Assembly: GCF_009914755.1 (NCBI RefSeq)
Contig: NC_060926.1
Direction: 5' to 3' (one strand)
DNA: 64,000 bases
From: the human T2T-CHM13v2.0 reference genome, Homo sapiens
A model generated the notes under the pieces. The model searched no databases, had not been told where the DNA came from, and saw nothing but the letters and a program-made list of their open reading frames with translations. The position numbers and the translations under genes were made by a program. Below, one piece after another: positions 56,683 through 64,000 of this stretch (position 1 is the first letter of the stretch; each line of letters opens with the position of its first letter).

Positions 56683-56903
56683 CAGCAGTTCTCAACTGGG
56701 AGTGATTTTGTCCCTCCAGGCACATTTGGCAATGTTTGGAAAAATTTTGACTCTCCAGACCTGAGTGCTTGGGGTATTGCTACTGGCATCTAGTGGATAC
56801 AGGTCATGGATGCTGCTAAACATCCTATAGTGCACAGGACAGCTCTCAATAACAAAAAATTATCCAGTCCAAAATGTCAACAATGTGAGGTTAAAAAACC
56901 CTG
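56683..56903 (+). mobile_element. MER20
   Basis: CAGCAGTTCTCAACTGGG...GCTACTGGCATCTAGTGG...GATGCTGCTAAACATCCTA...CAAAATGTCAA. Confidence 0.92.
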
Positions 56904-56919
56904 CCATAGAAAGTGATGT

Positions 56920-57040
56920 ACATCTCTCATTTTGAAAATAACAGAAATACAGAGATATGCTTGAGGCCATACAACTACTGAGTGAAGTGGCCAACACTTG
57001 AACCTGGATGTTCTGACACCAAGCCATTGTGCTTTCCTTG
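56920..57040 (-). mobile_element. MIR fragment
   Basis: CTTGAGGCCATACAACTACTGAGTG...TTGAACCTGGATGTTCTGACACCAAGCC. Confidence 0.55.
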
Positions 57041-57459
57041 GCTCTGATTGTTCTGCGAATTAAAACCTCAGTTGTCTTTGAAGTATTATGGGGAAAAAAA
57101 TAAGAGAGAGAAAGAATCATTAAAATCAGTGCTATGTCCCCATTTTTGTTATGTTTCTTTTAATTGTACTGTCATTGGATTTATATTTTGTTCAACAATG
57201 TCTTCTTAATACAACACCCAGAAGTACCCTTTGTTTTGAAATTGATAGCTTCATTAAAAATATAATACATATTATCAATGTTTATTCAATTCAAGGCACC
57301 TAGTGAGGCATATTATAGAGATATAACAAAATATTAAGACAAAATTCAAACTTTCAAGGAAACCAGGGTAAAAAAGAAAATGAAACCTTTGAAATATGGG
57401 GGAAGTTATTCAAAATGTAAGTTGAACAGGGATAGAAACAATCTTGCATCTGAAATTGA

Positions 57460-57680
57460 TTGCAGGAAACTACCTAAATGTCCAAGAATAGGGAATATTT
57501 GGGTACATGACAGTATTTCTATAAAAAGGAATATTATATACTTATTATAACTGATATTTATGATAAATTTATAACAGCAAAGGTATATGTTTATGTTAAG
57601 TGAAAAAAATAGGATACAAAGTTTACACAGCTACTTTTAGCTAAGATGAAAAGTTATAGAAAAATACTAGAAGATAAACT
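57460..57680 (+). mobile_element. L1ME 3' fragment
   Basis: GGAAACTACCTAAATGTCCAAGAATAGGG...TGTTAAGTGAAAAAAATAGGATACAAA. Confidence 0.6.
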
Positions 57681-59014
57681 ATTTGGTGTACAGTATTACT
57701 TATAAATTCAAAGTGGTGGCACTACTGCATTGTACTAAACAAGGTAAGTTATATTGATCCATTCATTCATACAGTGAATAGTTTCTCAACGCCTTCTATG
57801 TTTCAAGCACTTGCTAGATCCTTGTAGTCTTATTAGGGAAGACAGGTAGCAACGAGTGTGCTAAGTAATAAAGAAGTCCTGTGGGAGTGGAAAGCTGAAG
57901 CCATATATTATTAGTAAGAACCTTCATAATTTATCACACAAGTTATTTGTTTTTCATTCAAATAATATCCAATTTGTATTAGGTGGCCCTTATCCATCTT
58001 GCAGAAGCATATGGTTTCTTAGGTCTCCAAGAAAGAGGAAGGGAGAGTTTGAGAATCCCACAGGATGTTTTGAAGGGCCAGTCTTGTAAGTGGTTTGTAA
58101 ATCAGCTTTATTTCCCCAACCAAACTGGAAGCCAGCCTGGGCAATGTAGACGAGGTACATTTGACTATTTGGTAAATACCAACTCTGCCTCTGGTCTTTA
58201 CCACAGATTGAACAATTCAGAAAAGGTTTCCCCAGAAGCCATAGCATTTAAATTGAGACCTGAAAAATAAAAGGTAGTTGGCTAGAGCAGGAAGGAGGTA
58301 AAAAGATTCTTTCAGGTAAGAATGTTGTGCCAGTGCCTAGAGTAAGAGAAGAATACTACCTTCTAGGAACTTCATGAACGTTTAAAACTTGAACATTGAA
58401 TGTAGGGGCACAGCAGGCAGGGGCACAGTCCTGAAGGACTTTATAAACTGTGTAAAGGTGTTTAGAAATTAATTCTGATGGCAGTGGGAAGTCACTTGCA
58501 GGTTTCATGTGTGATAAAGTTTGAGTAACGTGAGGAGAGTAATGTGATAAAGTTTGTATTTTAGAACGATCACTCCAGTTGCAGTGAAGAATGTGGATTG
58601 GAGGAGAGCAAGACAGCAGGTGGGAGACCAGTTTAGAAGTTCTAGCATCAGTCCAGTTAAGCAATGGTGGTGGCCTGTATAAGGAATGGGAATAGAAACA
58701 GATAGATTGGAGAGGTATTTAAGAGGTATAGTTATTGGAATTTAGTATTCTTTTGGATTGGCAGTAGCGGAAAGGGTTACATGAGAGAAAGGGAGTGATT
58801 GGTTGAGTTTGGCACATGTTTGAGTTGGAAACATTCAAGATATCAAAGTGTTTATATCCAAATGAGACAAGAGATCCTAGCTAAATATATAGATTTTTCA
58901 GCATATAGATCCATGCTGTATGCTGAAAGCCATGAGAGTACATGAGTTTGCACAGGGGGAATGTGTACTGAGAGAAGAGGGTGTATGACGGAGCCCGGTG
59001 GACAGTATTTAAGG

Positions 59015-59193
59015 AAGAGGTTATTAACTTTCACATTGCATCTGAATCACCTGGTGAGCTTTTCATAAATATCATACCTAGGTTTCTCACTCCACTAATT
59101 GCAAATCAGTTGGTCTCAGGTGTGTGCTAAGGTATTCTACTGTTTCAGAAGTCCCGTGGTGATTCTATGTATAGCCAAGCTTGAGAACCATTG
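59015..59193 (+). mobile_element. MER5-type MITE
   Basis: TGCATCTGAATCACCTGG...GGTGATTCTATGTATAGCCAAGCTTGAGAACCATTG. Confidence 0.8.
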
Positions 59194-59222
59194 ATGTAGG
59201 GGTTAGGAAGAAGACGAAGAGA

Positions 59223-59631
<409 letters not shown>

Positions 59632-60324
59632 TTAGCTGAGTCAAAAGCTGCTAATGAGTAATGAACTTACTTATAATTAGTATTGAGGAATGGAAGTAAA
59701 AACTTACAAGAATTAGAGAAAGTAATCTTGGAATCTTTAGTTAGATGTGCATTATTTTATCTCCAAAAAGAAAATTGTGATACATCTTATAGAATACTTT
59801 TGTCAATTCATGAATGTGTTTATATATTTTTATAATAATATTGTTATTTCTTATAGTTTCAGACTTAATTAATGAAAAGGGAAAAAAGCAATTAGTACTG
59901 CCTTGAAATGTACCAAGTGCATGATCTTTTAAATATGGGACACTTTTAATGGCAGCTCTGGAAAAGTTCGGCAATTTTGGGCATTTTGGAGGTTATCATG
60001 AGGTTCTACAGACTTGGGTAATAAAAGAAAAGTGAGAGAAAGTGTCAGGAAAGAAAGGTAAAATGAGCTGAGGGAGAACTGTCTGATATGTAAAATTTTC
60101 TAGAACCCAAATCAGAATGTTTTACCACTGAAATTCATCAGATCTGATGCCTTTGGTATATTTTGGGTGTTCTTAATTAGGAAGGACTCATTTGGAAGGA
60201 TGCTAACTCCAGTTTATCTTTGTTCAGTTCTAACCTACTGAATTTCTGAATATCTACTTCCTCCAGTTTTCCAAGGTCTACTTTTTCAGTCCATGTATCT
60301 TTCAGCAGGGTATAGGTGGAAATG

Positions 60325-60720
60325 ATCATTCATTCACATAAAAATATTAATCCAATTGATATTTATTGATCATCTAGCATTATTTGATGCTAGGTATGAA
60401 ATGGTAAATAAAAGTCATGCCCTCAAGGAGCTTACAGCCTAGTGGGGTAGACAGATAATTAAACAACTGGAATATAATGTGTTGAGTTTACCAAAATCTG
60501 ATAGACAGGGCACCCAAATCCATCCCTTAGAAGTCAGTTGAATCTTCTAGGAGAATGTGACATTTCGAGTGAGACCTAAGATCTTTAAGGAGAGTAGGAA
60601 CTTGCCAAGTGAAGGTCAGAGTGAGTGTTGGGTCACTGGGGAGGAAGAATGTGCCCCAGGCTGAAGGAAGAGTTGGAGGAGAATGTTCTTGAAGCAAGAG
60701 AAAGCAAAGAGCCATGCATT
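60325..60720 (-). mobile_element. L2 3' end
   Basis: CATTCATTCA, TGCCCTCAAGGAGCTTACAGCCTAGTGGGG. Confidence 0.75.
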
Positions 60721-60854
60721 GACTATGAAAATTAGATCACATTAACTTCCCCTTGGCTTCTCTAACTCAGTTATCAGGTATACTCAGATTTTCCTATAAG
60801 TTCAAACCTCTATTTATAGCCTTCAAATAATGGCAAATAATAACTGAACCTTCT

Positions 60855-61418
60855 TTCAGTTATCTCCTGCTGCATAACAAATTACCCCAAATTAGTGGAA
60901 TAGAATAGCCATTTTATATACTCACAGATTGTGGGTCAGAAATTCAGACAGGGCACAGTAGGGATGGCTTTGTCTCACTTTCATGCTGTTCGGGGTCTCA
61001 ACTTGAGGACTAGGAGGCTGTGAGGGCTGAAATAATCTGCAACATTGTTTATTCGTGTGTCTAGCAATTGACTGTGTTTGGCTAGGGAGCTCAGTTCTCC
61101 AAAAGGGCCTGTGCCATATGTTCTCTCCTCATAGGCTAGTTTATGCTTCTTCATAACATGGTGATCAGATCCCAAGAACAAATATGTCAAGAGGAAGGAA
61201 ACTAGGTGGAAGCTTTATCCTTTGTATGACCTATTGTTTGCCATACTCTTTTGGTTGGAGCAGTCTTAAGCCTTTGCCCACATTCAAGGGATGGGAGCAT
61301 ACAACTTACTTCCCCTCTCAATGGGAGGAGTGTCAGTCACATTGTTAGAAGAGAATGTGGGATAGGATTGATTGATTGATTGATTGATTGGCATCTTTGT
61401 AAAGTACAACTTGCACAC
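60855..61418 (-). mobile_element. MLT1 (H/G-like) MaLR LTR with internal (GATT)6
   Basis: GCTGCATAACAAATTACCCCAAA...GTGGGTCAGAAATTCAGACAGGGCACAG. Confidence 0.85.
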
Positions 61419-61634
61419 TCCTCATTTCAGAATGTTTACAAATAACAAATCTATATTCCACTGCATGGGTAGGTCACTAATTATCATTTTTAGTTTTAGC
61501 TTACCTGTTGGTTATTCATCCATAATGTCTTTGACCTTACTTTTAAGGTATATTGTAAATTTTTTTGTGGCCCCATTCTCTCTTAATATTTGCAAAAACG
61601 GAAAGAAACCTAAAACTGGTAATAAGAAAAATTA

Positions 61635-61930
61635 GGTCAGGCACAGTGACTTCTAGTGCTTTGGGAGGCTGAGGCAGGAGGATCACTTGAGGCCAGGAGT
61701 TCAAGACCAGCCTGGGCAACACAGTGAGACCCCATTTCTAAACGTTAAAATTAGAATTTAAAAAAATTAGCCAGGCATGGTGGCACATGCCTATATTACT
61801 AGTCATTCAGGTGGCTGAGGCAGGAGGATTGCTTGAGCCCAGGAGTTTGAGGTTGCAGTGAGCTATGCTCACTCCACTGCACTTCAGCTTAGATGATAGA
61901 GAAAGACCCTGTCCCTAAAAGAAAAAAAAA
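61635..61930 (+). mobile_element. AluJ with left-arm deletion
   Basis: GGATCACTTGAGGCCAGGAGTTCAAGACC; GGATTGCTTGAGCCCAGGAGTTTGAGG. Confidence 0.92.
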
Positions 61931-62794
61931 TCATATGGTTCCAATGGAAATCAAAAATATTTTTAATTAAAATAGTGATAAAACTACTGCTTATGTGTTG
62001 TCACTTTAGTTGTCACATATATATAAATGGACTTCAATGAACATTCTTTCAGAAACTATAGGGATTTCAAGTAGAGGACGTTCAGTACTATTTTATCATC
62101 TTTACAAACATGCTAGCTAGTTAGGACAGTGTTTTTTTAACTTCATCTTATTGCACTATGCTGTCTGCTAGCTTCAGCTGTTAATATAAGCAGAATATTA
62201 AACTAGAAAAATTGTGTTCTCTCAGTAAAAATAGGTGCTAAAATTAAAAACACAATATATTACACTTCTGTTTGTTTTGTCTTTTGGTTGGCCCTGATAT
62301 TCTTGTGCATAGAATTGTTTAATATCTATGTCTGTGTGAGATATGTGTGTATGTGTGCATGCATGTATATACATACACACACATAGGCTGAACAATTTGA
62401 ATGTCATACTTGCATATTTAGCCATAAGTCTCAAATTAATCCTTTTCTTGTTTCTATCTTAACCCATCACTGACTCTTTCGATTTAAAATGCTCCAGGAA
62501 GGCCTGAATTAAATTGAAAGGAAATTTTTTAAAACTCATATCTGTTCCTGATATCAAGTTTTCTGTTCTAATACATCCTATCTGCCCTTCTCCTGCCTCA
62601 AAATACTGTAAGAACAAGGTTGAACTGTAAGAAGTTAAACAGGATGTTATTTTCACCTACTTTGTCCAAATCTCAGAATCACAGACCTGAAAACGGCTTT
62701 CCAATTATTTTATCAAAACCTAAGTTAAGATTTTACAAAGGCGGTTTCAAAAAAATCAAAAAACAAAAAACCTAGTTTAAGAAGATGGTAGTGT

Positions 62795-63020
62795 CCACTG
62801 TTTCTGTCAGGTGCTTTACATTTGTTACCTCATTTAATCCTCACAGTTCATAGGAGTGTGTGTTATTCTCTATGTCACAGAGAAGAAAGCTAAAGCTGGA
62901 AGAAATGAAGTAGCTTGTCTGTTACACAGCTGTGACATAGTGAGGTTACACAGTGGTGACATAGTGATGACTGCAGAATTCTAGGCCATATCTCCCTAAT
63001 TCCAAATACTGTGTTCTTTC
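62795..63020 (-). mobile_element. MIR
   Basis: GTGCTTTACA...CTCATTTAATCCTCACA. Confidence 0.7.
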
Positions 63021-63118
63021 GGTGGTATCAGTATTGGTTGCTTTTCTGTAATATTTCTCAGTTATTTTGATTTTGATTTCACATTTATATGAGGAGTCAG
63101 AATTAAATTGCTTATTTT

Positions 63119-63121
63119 ACA

Positions 63122-63214
<93 letters not shown>
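63119..63214. repeat. compound microsatellite [(AC)10(AG)7ATC][(AC)14(AG)14ATC]
   Basis: Direct reading. Confidence 0.97.
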
Positions 63215-63215
<1 letters not shown>

Positions 63216-64000
63216 AAATCGTTTGTATAGGGCATTTGTAGGAGCAGTAGAAGACTTAGGAAAGCAGAACATTGGCACTACCAGGAGCTCACAGTCTGTT
63301 CACTGGCAGATCAAATGTTTTGTGGGGAATTTTTTTTTAGCTCTTTGTTATGACCAAAAAAGTATACAAAAGAAACTATGAAAAGCATAATTTATTATAT
63401 GTTGTACAAGACCAGAACATTCTAACTCACCAAGAAAAGATAGATGAAAAAATTTAATCAGAACATATTGAATTGTCTGTAAAAATATATATAACTTATT
63501 CTGTAAGAAATCAGACTGTTGTCTTAGAATAAATTCCTCAGATATCCATGTAAGCTACATGAGGAAAATTAAATGTGCTTTATCTGCTTGTATTATGTTT
63601 TTCTTTATTGTTCCCAAGCCAAAGCCGGCTCCAACTACGTTGCTACTTACTGACTGATCCTTCTGTTATTTTGCTTTCCATCAAAGTCTTTTTTTCTCTT
63701 CAGGGTAGCATATACTCTAACACTGGGGTTGCATTTCTAACAGATCAAAATTAATCTGATTGAAAACATTGCAGCTTTGAAAATATTTTAATATTTACTG
63801 TAGTGTCTCCTGGGTAAATATTTCTGGGGCCATAGAAAAGTTAAGATAAAAGTAGTGGTATGAGATACTCTCTCCGAAGCTCATCACTGATAGAGGGAGA
63901 GCCAGGACTGTGGCCTTAGTTTAGGGAACCTTTCCAGGAAGCAACGCAACCTGTTGATGTTGCGATACATGCTACATGCTAAGTAGGCAAATTGGTGCAT

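Noticed and set aside
58311-58320. Other AG|GTAAG motifs (58311, 32836, 21693) as recursive splice sites
   Set aside because: They lack an adequate upstream polypyrimidine tract
61980-62700. Naming the host gene from unique sequence
   Set aside because: No exon or landmark I can recognise with confidence; requires BLAT
63067-63381. 104-aa ORF with THTH/RERE repeats
   Set aside because: Open only because it crosses the dinucleotide microsatellite

Overview
Human genomic DNA: an AluYa5 carrying all five diagnostic positions is present, and that subfamily is essentially human-specific. The window is AT-rich and CpG-poor, with no CpG island, no recognisable protein-coding exon, no RNA gene and no prokaryotic features. 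It is a mosaic of interspersed repeats: about 20 Alus (J, S, Y, Ya5), one near full-length but dead L1PB-like LINE with TSD (47.5-53.3 kb, +), about 8 kb of old antisense L1M (10-18 kb), many L2/MIR relics, hAT MITEs (MER5, MER3, MER58, MER20), MLT1 LTRs and microsatellites. All listed ORFs are Alu/L1/microsatellite-derived or look like chance ORFs. Repeat orientation suggests the interior of a long intron transcribed on the + strand (inference; I cannot name the gene). I found no new biological system. Best second-look items: a candidate TDP-43-repressed (UG)15 poison exon (31728-31850); an old inverted templated duplication with a fold-back hairpin (661-1580); a cryptic exon or recursive-splice-like site (42262-42384); a young AluYa5; a close inverted Alu pair; and a duplicated compound microsatellite. 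Subfamily calls and boundaries of old repeats were made by eye and are approximate.
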